Assembly (NCBI GenBank): GCA_965199495.1
Contig: CBDASK010000003.1
Coordinates: forward strand, 2,176,001 to 2,240,000
Source of the DNA: Abditibacterium sp.
Lineage (GTDB): Bacteria; Armatimonadota; Abditibacteriia; Abditibacteriales; Abditibacteriaceae
DNA length: 64,000 nucleotides
Direction of reading: 5' to 3'
Shown here: positions 29,143 to 38,631 of the stretch, one piece after another
Position numbering within the stretch: position 1 is the stretch's first letter
Layout of the letters: every line of letters starts with the position of its first letter
Position numbers and translations under genes: made by a program
The notes under the pieces: model-generated
Told to the model about the DNA's origin: nothing
The model's input: only the letters and a program-made list of their open reading frames with translations
The model's database searches: none

Positions 29143-30420
29143 ATGAAAATTCTCGTTTTAGGAAGCGGCGGGCGCGAACACGCTCTCGTCTGGAAAATTA
29201 AGCAGTCTCCGCTCGTAACGCGGCTCGTTTGCTCGCCCGGCAACGCGGGCATCGCGCAAATTTGCGAATGTTTGAGCGGCGAACCGGTGGATGTCGCGCA
29301 TAAAATTGACGCCGATTTGGTGATTATCGGCCCCGATGGAATGCTCGCCGATGGCGTCGCCGATAGACTTCGCGCCGCCGATATTCCTGTTGTTGGGCCG
29401 GGACAAAGCGGCGCGCGCTTAGAAAGCTCTAAGATTTTCACCAAGAAACTGCTGCAAAAATATAAGGTTCCGACCGCCAAATTCGCCGCTTTTGAAAGCG
29501 CTGACGAAGCGAAAAATTATCTGCAAAGCCAGCCCGACGGCCCGATTGTCGTGAAGGCCGACGGTTTGGCCGTTGGCAAAGGCGTCGTCGTGGCTGCTAA
29601 TCGCGCGCAGGCGTTGGCGGGCGTGGACGAAGTCACCCTCGTCGCCGGTTCGACGACGCTGGGCGACAAAGGCCGCATCGTCATCGAGGAAATGATGAGT
29701 GGCCCGGAAATCTCGTTTTTCGCGTTGACCGACGGCGAAACGCTGTTGCCTTTAATCGAGGCGCGCGATTACAAACGCGCTTACGATGGCGATAGGGGGC
29801 CAAACACGGGCGGCATGGGCTGCTTTTCGCCGGTTCCCGAATGGACGCCGGAGTTGAAGGAACAGGTTCTCGAAACGATTTTGAAACCGACGTTGGCCGG
29901 ACTTCAATCCGAAAAAATTGAATATCGCGGCGTTTTGTATTGTGGCTTGATGCTAACCGAAGATGGCCCGAAAGTCGTCGAGTATAACGCGCGTTTTGGC
30001 GACCCGGAATGCCAGTTGATTATGGCGCGTTTGAAAGACGACATCGTGCCGATTTTCATGGCGTGCGCGGGCATTGATGTCGGTATGCGCGACCGCAAAA
30101 TGAGCGATTTCAAACTGCACTGGCGCGATGAGGCGGCGGTTTTGGTGGTGATGGCGGCCTCAGGTTATCCCGGCGCGCCGCGCAAGGGCGATCCGATTTT
30201 GGGATTGAATCAAGGCATGACCGACGAGAAGATGATTTTTCACGCGGGCACCAAGTTAGTAGACGCTCAATTCGTGACGAATGGCGGGCGCGTGTTGGGC
30301 GTAACAGCCCTTGGCGCCGATGCAGCCACGGCGCGCGCGCGCGCGTATGAAGCTGTCGAAACGATTACGTTCGATAGCGCGCAATATCGCACGGACATCG
30401 CGGCGCAACCGGTGCAATAG
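29143..30420 (+). CDS. purD: Phosphoribosylamine-glycine ligase
   Basis: GSGGREHAL, KADGLAVGKGV, GPNTGGMG and RFGDPE motifs. Confidence 0.97.
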   Translation: MKILVLGSGGREHALVWKIKQSPLVTRLVCSPGNAGIAQICECLSGEPVDVAHKIDADLVIIGPDGMLADGVADRLRAADIPVVGPGQSGARLESSKIFTKKLLQKYKVPTAKFAAFESADEAKNYLQSQPDGPIVVKADGLAVGKGVVVAANRAQALAGVDEVTLVAGSTTLGDKGRIVIEEMMSGPEISFFALTDGETLLPLIEARDYKRAYDGDRGPNTGGMGCFSPVPEWTPELKEQVLETILKPTLAGLQSEKIEYRGVLYCGLMLTEDGPKVVEYNARFGDPECQLIMARLKDDIVPIFMACAGIDVGMRDRKMSDFKLHWRDEAAVLVVMAASGYPGAPRKGDPILGLNQGMTDEKMIFHAGTKLVDAQFVTNGGRVLGVTALGADAATARARAYEAVETITFDSAQYRTDIAAQPVQ

Positions 30421-30592
30421 GCTCGTTTGGAGCGTCTGCACGATTAGCCATTGGCCTAAACGGTGAAATTTTATAGCCTTACGGCGCGTTTTTCGCTACA
30501 ATTGTTTGCGGTGATTCATTTCGCTGGCTCCAAATTTTACAAACCGCCGTCTTAAACAGGGCGAAATGGTGGCGCCGGTTTTCCTTTTTCTC

Positions 30593-31315
30593 ATGCCTCT
30601 TGCCGAAGTTCATGTCACGCTCAAGCCCGCGCTTTTCGATGCGCAGGGCGAGACGATCAAAAAAGCTCTGCACCAGTTGGGGCATACCGACGTGCAAAGC
30701 GTGCGCATCGGCAAGCTCATCACCGTCGAACTTGCGGGCGACGAGGGCGCGGCGTTGCAGGGACAGCTCGATTTGATGTGTCGCCAACTTTTGGCCAATC
30801 CCGTCATCGAAGATTACGAAGTCACGATGGACGGCGCCGATCCCATCGCCCTCGCCGATGCGACGGCGATTCCGCTTTCGCCCGGCACGCCCAACACCGA
30901 TAACAGCGTCGCGACCGATTTGCCCGGCGAGGCGCATTTGCAGCCCGCGCACGTCGAGGGCGTTGTGACTTCGCGTCAACCTGTCAGCAACAGCGCGGCA
31001 GCCACGGCGGCGGCGGGCTTGGAAGCGGTTTCGACGCCCGGCGGAGTGACCGACCCGTTTCAGGTGGACTTTCGCTCTTACGAAGCGATGCCGACCGAGG
31101 CCAAACAGTCGTTGCGCATTCTGGCGCTGCGCAAATATGGCAACTGGATCGAAAGCCAACTGCGCGCGCGCAATGCCAGTTGGATTTTGTGTCTGGGCCA
31201 AAGCGTCCTCGAATACGGTAACGACATCGAAACCTCGCCCACCGATCAGCATCTGCTCCAAATGGGCATCGAACATGACCGCGTGCCGTGGGTTTTCAAT
31301 CGTCCGCACGCGTAA
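30593..31315 (+). CDS. purS: PurS with a long C-terminal extension
   Basis: VTLKPALFDAQG...VRIGK...LLANPVIEDY, then about 160 extra residues. Confidence 0.88.
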   Translation: MPLAEVHVTLKPALFDAQGETIKKALHQLGHTDVQSVRIGKLITVELAGDEGAALQGQLDLMCRQLLANPVIEDYEVTMDGADPIALADATAIPLSPGTPNTDNSVATDLPGEAHLQPAHVEGVVTSRQPVSNSAAATAAAGLEAVSTPGGVTDPFQVDFRSYEAMPTEAKQSLRILALRKYGNWIESQLRARNASWILCLGQSVLEYGNDIETSPTDQHLLQMGIEHDRVPWVFNRPHA

Positions 31316-31318
31316 CCA

Positions 31319-31424
31319 AAGTGGCAAGTGACAGGTGGCAAGTGACAGGGAAAAAGCGATTTAACTTGCCGTCGTAAGTTCCACCTTCCGAACTTGCCAC
31401 CTGTTACTTGTTACTTGTTACTTG
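31319..31424. repeat. Inverted pair of heptamer tandem units
   Basis: AAGTGGC AAGTGAC AGGTGGC AAGTGAC ... CTTGCCA CCTGTTA CTTGTTA CTTGTTA. Confidence 0.75.
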
Positions 31425-31428
31425 AATT

Positions 31429-32163
31429 ATGCACTTTGGTATTCTCGTTTTTCCCGGCACTAACTGCGAACACGACACGCTCCACGTTATCGAGCGCGCG
31501 TTGGGCCATTCGGGCGCGCTCGTCTGGCACACGGCCACCGATCTCTCGATGTTCGATGCGCTGGTTTTGCCCGGTGGCTTCGCGCACGGCGATTATCTGC
31601 GGACGGGCGCCGTCGCCCGCTTTTCGCCGGTAATGGACAGCGTCGCCGAATTCGCGGCGGCGGGCAAACCGGTTTTGGGCATTTGCAACGGATTCCAAAT
31701 TCTGTGCGAAGCCGGACTTTTGCCGGGCGCCCTACGCCGCAACAATACCTCGCATTTTATCTGCAAAGATGCGTATTTGAGCGTGACCGACATTCGCAAT
31801 CCGTTTTTGCAATTGGCCAACATCGGCGACGTGTTGCGAATGCCGATTCGTCACGGCGAAGGTTCGTATTTCGCTGACGGCGAAACGTTAGCGCAAATGA
31901 ACCGCAATCACCAAATCGTGCTGCGCTATGCCAACCGCGACGGCTCAATTGACGACGGCTCCAACCCCAACGGCAGCTCGAATAATATCGCAGGCATTTG
32001 CAACATCGCGCGCAACGTGATGGGCTTGATGCCGCATCCCGAAGCCGCATCCGAAGCGATTTTGGGTAATGTGGATGGATTATTGATTTTTCAGGGTATG
32101 GTCACAGCGATGGATCCGACGCGCGCCCGCACGGCAGATTTGAATCCGACGATGGCGCTTTAA
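31429..32163 (+). CDS. purQ: FGAM synthase glutaminase subunit
   Basis: FPGTNC, PGGFAHGDYLR, GICNGFQ and MPHPE motifs. Confidence 0.97.
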   Translation: MHFGILVFPGTNCEHDTLHVIERALGHSGALVWHTATDLSMFDALVLPGGFAHGDYLRTGAVARFSPVMDSVAEFAAAGKPVLGICNGFQILCEAGLLPGALRRNNTSHFICKDAYLSVTDIRNPFLQLANIGDVLRMPIRHGEGSYFADGETLAQMNRNHQIVLRYANRDGSIDDGSNPNGSSNNIAGICNIARNVMGLMPHPEAASEAILGNVDGLLIFQGMVTAMDPTRARTADLNPTMAL

Positions 32164-32195
32164 ATTTGTAAATTGGCTCATTTGAATAACGTTTG

Positions 32196-32283
32196 AACAG
32201 AACCCAGAGCGGAAGCGACGCGGCTAACTATGACTCGCTGGAGTGTGCAAGTTAGCCGTGTCGCTTCCGCTCTGGGTTCTGTT
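32196..32283. repeat. Paired inverted element, AGCGGAAGCGAC family
   Basis: AACAGAACCCAGAGCGGAAGCGACGCGGCTAAC...GTTAGCCGTGTCGCTTCCGCTCTGGGTTCTGTT; second copy at 53634-53720. Confidence 0.9.
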
Positions 32284-32305
32284 GTTTCTCGACTTAATTT
32301 ATTTG

Positions 32306-32710
32306 ATGATTTACCTGCTCAAAACCGAACCTTTGGTTTATTCCTACGACGATTTGGAACGCGACGGCCAAACGATGTGGGATGGCGTCACCAACAATCT
32401 GGCGCTGAAATATCTGCGCGAGGTGAAAACTGGCGATACGGCGCTGATTTATCATACGGGCGATGAACGCCGCATCGTCGGCGTGGCTGCTGTTGTGCGC
32501 GGCTTTTACGTCAATCCTGAATTGGACGACGACAAGCTCGCGGTTTGCGATGTGAAAGCGCAAAAGCGTTTGAAAACACCCGTTACATTAGCGCGAATCA
32601 AAACCGAGCCGAAGTTGAAAGATTGGGCGTTGGTGCGCAATTCGCGGTTGTCGGTCGTGCCGGTTTCGGATGAAGAATGGCAAACTGTGCAGCAGTTAAT
32701 GGAAGAATAA
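32306..32710 (+). CDS. EVE domain protein
   Basis: YLLKTEP, WDGVTN, GDTALIYH and RLSVVPV motifs. Confidence 0.92.
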   Translation: MIYLLKTEPLVYSYDDLERDGQTMWDGVTNNLALKYLREVKTGDTALIYHTGDERRIVGVAAVVRGFYVNPELDDDKLAVCDVKAQKRLKTPVTLARIKTEPKLKDWALVRNSRLSVVPVSDEEWQTVQQLMEE

Positions 32711-32800
32711 TATGGCTGCGGTTATCCCCGACATTGTGGGTTTGAAGCCAAAGGTGCCCCGCGTGTGTTAAACCAAGATGCACAACGGTAAACCTAACTC

Positions 32801-35059
32801 ATGCTCGAAAAAGCCCTTGCCCTCGGAATGACTGAGGCCGAATACAAACGCGTCACCGAAATTCTCGACCGCGAACCGACAACGACCGAACTCGCGATGT
32901 ATTCGGTCGAGTGGAGCGAACACTGCGGCTATCCGCGCTCTAAAAACCTGCTTTCGCTCTTGCCCAAAGACGGCCATTACGCGTCCGTGGCTGGTGCCGA
33001 TACGGGCGGCGTCGAAGTCGAGCCGGGACTGTATGTCGTCTTCAAGATGGAATCGCATAATCACCCGTCGCAAATCGAGCCGCGACAGGGAGCAGCCACC
33101 GGCATCGGCGGCATTTTGCGCGATATTTTTACGGTTGGCGCGCGTCCGATTTGCAACCTCAATTCTCTGCGCTTTGGCGATTTGACCGATGCGCAGCATG
33201 GCGCCAAAGCCCGTTATTTGTTGTCGGGCGTTGTCGAAGGCATTTCTTGGTATGGCAACTCGATGGGTGTGCCAACTGTCGGCGGCGAAGTCGGGTTTAA
33301 TTCGAGTTATCGTGGCAACTGTCTGGTCGGCGCGATGTCGGTTGGCGTTGTGAAGTCGGACGCGATTGCGTCGTCGGCGGCGCGTGGCGCGGGCAATACC
33401 GTGATGTATTATGGCAATTCGACCGGGCGCGATGGCATCGGCGGCTGTTCGGTTCTGGCATCGCACGAAATGTCCGATTTGACTCAACGCCCGACGGTAC
33501 AGGTCGGCGATCCGTATGCCGAGAAATGCTTGATGGAAGCGACCATCGAAGTTTTGCGCACGGGCGCCGTCGTTTCGATGAAAGATATGGGCGCGGCGGG
33601 TTTGACCTGCACTTCGTGCGAACAAGCCGCCGATGGCATCGCGCAAACCGGCGGGAACGTCGGCATGGACATTGACTTGGACAAAGTGCCTTTGCGCGAG
33701 GCCGATATGGAAGCGTTCGAGATCATGATGAGCGAGTCGCAGGAACGTATGCTCGGCGTTGTGGTAAAAGGGCGCGAGCAGGAAGTCATTGATATTTTCC
33801 AGAAGTGGAACACGCGCGCGGTGCCGGTCGGCGTTGTGACCGATGACGGCAATATCACGATTCGGCGGCACGGCGAAATCGTCGGCAAAATGTCGGCGCT
33901 TTCGCTCGCCGATGCGCCGCGCTACGATTTGCCTTCGACGCAGCCGGAATATATCGCGCAGAAACACGCGTTCGATTTCGGCACAATTCCGCTTCCGTCC
34001 GATTGGGGCGAGGTTATGATGCGTTTGCTTCAAGCGCCCAATATCGCGTCGAAAGAGTGGATTTACCGGCAATACGATCATCTGGTCGGCACCAATACCG
34101 TCGTGCGGCCCGGCGAAGGCGACGCGGCGGTGTTGCGTTTGAAAGATTCTAAGTCGGGCAAAGGCATCGCGGTTAAAGCCGATTGCAACTCGCGCTACGT
34201 CTATTTGGATCCGTTTATGGGCGCGCAGATCGCCGTGGCTGAGTGCGCGCGCAACCTGATTTGTGCGGGCGCCGAACCGGCGGGCGTGACGGATTGTTTG
34301 TGCTTTGGCAATCCCGAAAAGCCCGACCGTTTCTGGGGTTTTAAAAATGCCATCGAAGGCATCGCGGCGGCGTGCCAGCATTTTCGCGTGCCGGTGGTTT
34401 CAGGCAACGTTTCGCTTTATAATGAGACGCCCGAAAGCGCGATTCATCCGTCGCCGCTCATCGGCATGATTGGCGTGTTGCAGGACGTGACCAAAAGCAT
34501 GGGCATGGGTTTTCGTGATAGCGGCGATGTCGTGGTTTTGTTGGGCGAAAGTCGGGATGAACTGGGCGGCAGCGAGTATCTTTATGTCGAACACGGTTTG
34601 GAAGAAGGCGCGCCGCCGCAACTCGATTTGCAGCGCGAACTCAATGTGCATCGTTTGACGTTGGCTTCGATTCGGCGCGGCTTGGTCAAATCGGCGCACG
34701 ATTGCAGCGATGGCGGACTGGCCGTCGCGCTCGCCGAAAGTTGTATCGTCGGCGAAATCGGCGCCTCGATTGAATTGCCGCCCGAAGTGGAAGCCACGGC
34801 GAACACGCGTTTGGACGCGGTGTTGTGGGGCGAATCGCAAAGTCGCGTCGTGGTGAGTTGCACGCGCGAGAACTTGGCGGAACTGCGGCGCATGGCGAAA
34901 ATCGCGCGTGTGCCGCTTAGTGAGTTAGGCATCGTCGGCGGCGAAAATTTCATCGTCGGCGATAACCGTGCCGGAGTTTTGCATCCGCTCTTTTCGCTTC
35001 CGGTTGCCGACATCATCAGCGCCTATCGCGGCGCAATCGGGCGCATCATGAGCAAATAG
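32801..35059 (+). CDS. purL: FGAM synthase subunit PurL
   Basis: WSEHC, ESHNHPS, DMGAAG, SESQERM and SAHDCSDGG motifs. Confidence 0.98.
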   Translation: MLEKALALGMTEAEYKRVTEILDREPTTTELAMYSVEWSEHCGYPRSKNLLSLLPKDGHYASVAGADTGGVEVEPGLYVVFKMESHNHPSQIEPRQGAATGIGGILRDIFTVGARPICNLNSLRFGDLTDAQHGAKARYLLSGVVEGISWYGNSMGVPTVGGEVGFNSSYRGNCLVGAMSVGVVKSDAIASSAARGAGNTVMYYGNSTGRDGIGGCSVLASHEMSDLTQRPTVQVGDPYAEKCLMEATIEVLRTGAVVSMKDMGAAGLTCTSCEQAADGIAQTGGNVGMDIDLDKVPLREADMEAFEIMMSESQERMLGVVVKGREQEVIDIFQKWNTRAVPVGVVTDDGNITIRRHGEIVGKMSALSLADAPRYDLPSTQPEYIAQKHAFDFGTIPLPSDWGEVMMRLLQAPNIASKEWIYRQYDHLVGTNTVVRPGEGDAAVLRLKDSKSGKGIAVKADCNSRYVYLDPFMGAQIAVAECARNLICAGAEPAGVTDCLCFGNPEKPDRFWGFKNAIEGIAAACQHFRVPVVSGNVSLYNETPESAIHPSPLIGMIGVLQDVTKSMGMGFRDSGDVVVLLGESRDELGGSEYLYVEHGLEEGAPPQLDLQRELNVHRLTLASIRRGLVKSAHDCSDGGLAVALAESCIVGEIGASIELPPEVEATANTRLDAVLWGESQSRVVVSCTRENLAELRRMAKIARVPLSELGIVGGENFIVGDNRAGVLHPLFSLPVADIISAYRGAIGRIMSK

Positions 35060-35160
35060 GTTGCGGATGTCGGAAATCCAATAATCCTTTGAACTTTGTG
35101 TTTTGCCGTCCGTCCAATCCCTATTGAATACGCGATGTGTAACGCGTATTGGGAAAAGAA

Positions 35161-35460
35161 ATGATGTTAACTCGATTTATTATTCTGGCTGGCGTGTTGC
35201 TCGTCATCGGCGTTTACGCTCCGGCGCGCGCGATGGTGGTCGGCGCCGTGGCTGCCTCGGCGCCGACCGTGTTGGACGCGGGCGTGGCTGACAAGAAAGA
35301 TGGCGGCGACGTGCCGCGCCCGCGCCCGACGCCCGGCCCCAAAGATCAGGTCATGACTTTAATCGGTTTCAACTTCGGCGCGAGCGAACAGAAGAAAGCC
35401 GATACGCCGCCGCGTCCGCGCCCCAAACCCGGCCCTAAAGAGGGCGGCGAAGACGAGTAG
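35161..35460 (+). CDS. Small secreted protein with two PRPRPxPGPK repeats
   Basis: Signal peptide ending ARA; own terminator downstream. Confidence 0.75.
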   Translation: MMLTRFIILAGVLLVIGVYAPARAMVVGAVAASAPTVLDAGVADKKDGGDVPRPRPTPGPKDQVMTLIGFNFGASEQKKADTPPRPRPKPGPKEGGEDE

Positions 35461-35478
35461 CCCGATTTTTAGCAACAC

Positions 35479-35512
35479 CAAAGCCGTCGCATATTTTATG
35501 CGACGGCTTTTT
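35479..35512 (+). terminator. Intrinsic terminator
   Basis: AAAGCCGTCGCATA TTT TATGCGACGGCTTTTT. Confidence 0.85.
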
Positions 35513-35667
35513 GTCGTTCATCGGGATGCTCAGTGACCGCTCACGGTGTTTGCAGTTATCCTGCTTTTCGGTGCGCGTTTTCAATTGCGTGAGGGTGCCA
35601 AAAATGAGATAATTAGAAGAACGAATTCTTCGTGTCTGAAAAGCGAAGAATTTTACTTTTTCTTTTC

Positions 35668-37584
35668 ATGTCACGTTTTTCTCTGCGTCCGATGGGACTT
35701 TTTCTGGTTGCGGGCGCGCTGTTGGTGCCCGGTTTTAGTCGTCATGCTCAAGCGCAAAATAAACTGCCACGCATGGCGGCGGTAGCGAATAACCTAATCA
35801 GGGTGGGCGTATCAGAGCGCGTGACGTTGCCGTTTGCGGCGGTCTCGCGCATTATTATCGAGGACGACGAAACCGCGCGCGCCTATTTTGCCGGTGGAAA
35901 CGTCATTGTCGAAGGTTTGCGTCAGGGCAGCACCACGGTCGAGGTTTACCAATCCGACGGCACGCCCAAATTGTTGACGATTCAAGTTGGAGAATCCAAT
36001 TCGGGCGGTCAAAAGCCCATCACGCCCGTCCCGCTTTCTATGGGCGCCTCTTCCTTGCCCGCGCCAACGGTGAACAACACACCGGGCGCCGCTTTGCCTA
36101 CATCGCCCGCGCCGACGGCAGCAGCCACGCCGGTGCCCTACGCGTTGGCGGCGATTACGCCGTCGCAATCGCAATTGGGCGTCACGCTGGCTGCGGGGCC
36201 GGTTGTGGGCACCTCGCAGACGCAGTTCACCGTGCGTTATTCCAATCCCGGCACCGACGCCGCCAACAACGCCATCGTGCGCTATGCGCTCGATGACCGG
36301 GTTTCCTACGTCACCGATTCGGCCTCCAACGGCGGCGTTTACGATGCGTCGCGCCGCGAAGTCTCCTGGAATCTGGGCGCGGTCAAAGCGGGCGAATCGG
36401 GCAAAGTGACGCTTCGCATCGAACCCATTGATAGTGGGCGCAGTTTGAGTTTCGATTCGGTCGCCACCATCGAGGATGGCGGTGGCGGCCCGGTGACTTC
36501 GGCGACGCTGGCTTACTCGACGGCGGTGACGCCGCTTTTGACGATCTTCGCCCTCCCCGACCGTTTTTTAGCGGGCAAAAATGGGACGCCTCTGACCGAT
36601 GTGCGCGGCTCCGAATTTCAGATGGCGGTTGATCGGCTCGCGCATATCGGCATCGTGCAGGGCGATCCGAGCGGATTATACCGCCCCAAAGACCCGACGC
36701 AGCGCGCCGAATATGCAGTCATGACGCTACGCGGGCTGAACCTGAACAATCTGCGCGACCTCACTCAGCTCAAGTTCGTTTTGGGGCGCGCCTCGACCGT
36801 AAATTTGAGTATTGCTGATGAATCCGGGCGCACCGTGGCGACTCTGACGCGCAACACTTCGCTTGAGGCGGGCGAGCATACCGTGATGTGGGACGGGCGC
36901 TCCGATGACGGAAAGTTCGTGGCGCCGGGACGCTATATCTATACCTGCACCGCGCGCGACGAGCGAGGCGAAGCGACCACGCTCAAGAGTAGTGTGACGC
37001 TGGTTTCGCCCGATCCGATTAAGGCCGATGGCAAGCCGAGTTTCGTGGATGTCAAGGCGACCGATTGGTATGCCGGGTATCTGGCGCTGGGCGAAAATCA
37101 GGGGTTGTTGCAGGGCTTTCCCGATAACACATTTCGACCGCGTAAACCGATTTCGCGCGTCGAAGCGGCGGCGATTGTGGTGCGCGCGCTGGGGCTTGCG
37201 GGCGCCGCCAAAGAATGGGCCGACAAAAACGTCGGTTTCGCCGATTACGACAAAATTCCCGATTGGGGCAAAGGCGTCGTCAACGCCACTACGATGCTGA
37301 CCAAAACTTCCAACGGCCAGCCGATTATGCGCGGCACCAAAGAGAATAACTTCGAGCCAAACGTCGCGCTGCGCCGCGATCAGGCGGCGTTGGTAGTGCA
37401 GCGCATCATTGACCGCGAAACCACGCGTAGCGTCTCGGTTTCGGGCGCCATCACGCCCGGCGCCATCGTCAGCATCAACTCCAAACCCGTCGAAGCCGAC
37501 GATCAGGGCCGCTTCGGTTTCTCGTTCGATTTGAATACGTCATTGCCCACGACAGTCGCCGTGGTTGATACGCGTAGTCGGTAA
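35668..37584 (+). CDS. Secreted surface protein: pilus/secretin N-terminal-like Ig domain, DUF11-like domain, SLH repeats and FlgD-Ig-like domain
   Basis: GIVQG...YRP...TQRAE, FVDVKATDWY, GFPDNTFRP...ISRVE (SLH); GEHTVMWDGR...VAPGRYIY (FlgD-Ig); SNGGVYD...VSWNLG (DUF11-like). Confidence 0.8.
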   Translation: MSRFSLRPMGLFLVAGALLVPGFSRHAQAQNKLPRMAAVANNLIRVGVSERVTLPFAAVSRIIIEDDETARAYFAGGNVIVEGLRQGSTTVEVYQSDGTPKLLTIQVGESNSGGQKPITPVPLSMGASSLPAPTVNNTPGAALPTSPAPTAAATPVPYALAAITPSQSQLGVTLAAGPVVGTSQTQFTVRYSNPGTDAANNAIVRYALDDRVSYVTDSASNGGVYDASRREVSWNLGAVKAGESGKVTLRIEPIDSGRSLSFDSVATIEDGGGGPVTSATLAYSTAVTPLLTIFALPDRFLAGKNGTPLTDVRGSEFQMAVDRLAHIGIVQGDPSGLYRPKDPTQRAEYAVMTLRGLNLNNLRDLTQLKFVLGRASTVNLSIADESGRTVATLTRNTSLEAGEHTVMWDGRSDDGKFVAPGRYIYTCTARDERGEATTLKSSVTLVSPDPIKADGKPSFVDVKATDWYAGYLALGENQGLLQGFPDNTFRPRKPISRVEAAAIVVRALGLAGAAKEWADKNVGFADYDKIPDWGKGVVNATTMLTKTSNGQPIMRGTKENNFEPNVALRRDQAALVVQRIIDRETTRSVSVSGAITPGAIVSINSKPVEADDQGRFGFSFDLNTSLPTTVAVVDTRSR

Positions 37585-37630
37585 GAGACTACCGAAAATA
37601 AAATTGAGAAGAGGTTCTAAATGGGCAACG

Positions 37631-37675
37631 AACCCAAAGAGCTGACCGCCTTCTGGCGGTCAGCTCTTTGGGTTT
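37631..37675. terminator. Bidirectional hairpin terminator
   Basis: AACCCAAAGAGCTGACCGCC TTCT GGCGGTCAGCTCTTTGGGTT between convergent genes. Confidence 0.8.
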
Positions 37676-38631
37676 TCGGCTTCAGTACTCGCAATCTTCT
37701 CCTCGCGTTTCCGAATAAACAAAACGCCCGGCAAGCTCGCCAGCCACACCGTCGCTTGCCACAACAACGACCAACCGACGACCGCGCCGACGGAAACCGG
37801 CCAGTCGCGTAGCAGAGCCACGGCGGCGGCCTCACGCACGCCCAAGCCGCCGATGCCCGCTGGAATCAGGCCCGACAGCGATAAAAGCGGCCCCAACCAC
37901 CAGAAGATGCGCGCGGGCAAATCCAATCCGCTCGCCCACGCCAAAGCGATGTTGAGCAATACCTGCGACACCTGAAACAAAAGCGAAAGCGCCATCGCCT
38001 GCGCCATGACCGCGCGATGTTGTGAGCGCGCGTAAAACGCGAGCGCGCTTTGCAAACGCGCGATTTTCGGATGGTTGATGCGGCTTAAAATCCAGCACAA
38101 AGCGCCCAGCACGACGAAAATCGCGAGCGCAATCGCCAGCGTTTGCCAGCCCTGTGCTGAGGCGCCGCGCAGCAAAAGCGCGCCCGCCGCGATAATTAAC
38201 AACGCCGCGAAACCGGTTAATCGTTCGACGGCGATTGAAGCGAGCGCGTCGGCGCGGCCCAAGTTGGGAGCGCTTTTAATGACTAATGTCGCGCGCAAAG
38301 CGTCGCCGCCGACGTTGGTTGGGAGCCACAAATTGCCGAACATGCCCGCCGCGTAAATGCGACAACACTGCGCCAGCGAAACATCGGTGCCGCGCGCGCG
38401 CAGCAAAAGTTGCCATTTGTAGGCGCTCAGAATTTGTCCGGCCCAGTAGAAAGCGACGGCGCCCAAAATGACCCAGAACGGAATGGAGCGCAGCGTGTGC
38501 GCGACCTGCGTCGCGGCGTCGCGGCGACCCAGCAACAGCGCGACAATCGCGGCGCCGATGACGACTCGGAGCGCCCATTTCCACGGCGCGGCGCGTCCGG
38601 CTGGGGCGGACTGAGAGGATTTGTCCGTCAT
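37660..38631 (-). CDS. Lysylphosphatidylglycerol-synthase TM / flippase-like protein
   Basis: GNLWLPTNVGGD, VERL and GGLGVRE motifs; ATGA overlap with the upstream gene. Confidence 0.88.
   Translation of the reverse strand: MTDKSSQSAPAGRAAPWKWALRVVIGAAIVALLLGRRDAATQVAHTLRSIPFWVILGAVAFYWAGQILSAYKWQLLLRARGTDVSLAQCCRIYAAGMFGNLWLPTNVGGDALRATLVIKSAPNLGRADALASIAVERLTGFAALLIIAAGALLLRGASAQGWQTLAIALAIFVVLGALCWILSRINHPKIARLQSALAFYARSQHRAVMAQAMALSLLFQVSQVLLNIALAWASGLDLPARIFWWLGPLLSLSGLIPAGIGGLGVREAAAVALLRDWPVSVGAVVGWSLLWQATVWLASLPGVLFIRKREEKIASTEAENPKS

Noticed and set aside
32711..32800. Purine, ZTP or PRPP riboswitch before purL (or purD, purS)
   Set aside because: No recognisable consensus elements.
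32768..34381. 537-aa antisense ORF over purL (likewise 51486..53210, 7328..8326, 57359..58453 and others)
   Set aside because: Shadow ORFs caused by GC-rich codon bias on the opposite strand of clear genes; no motifs.
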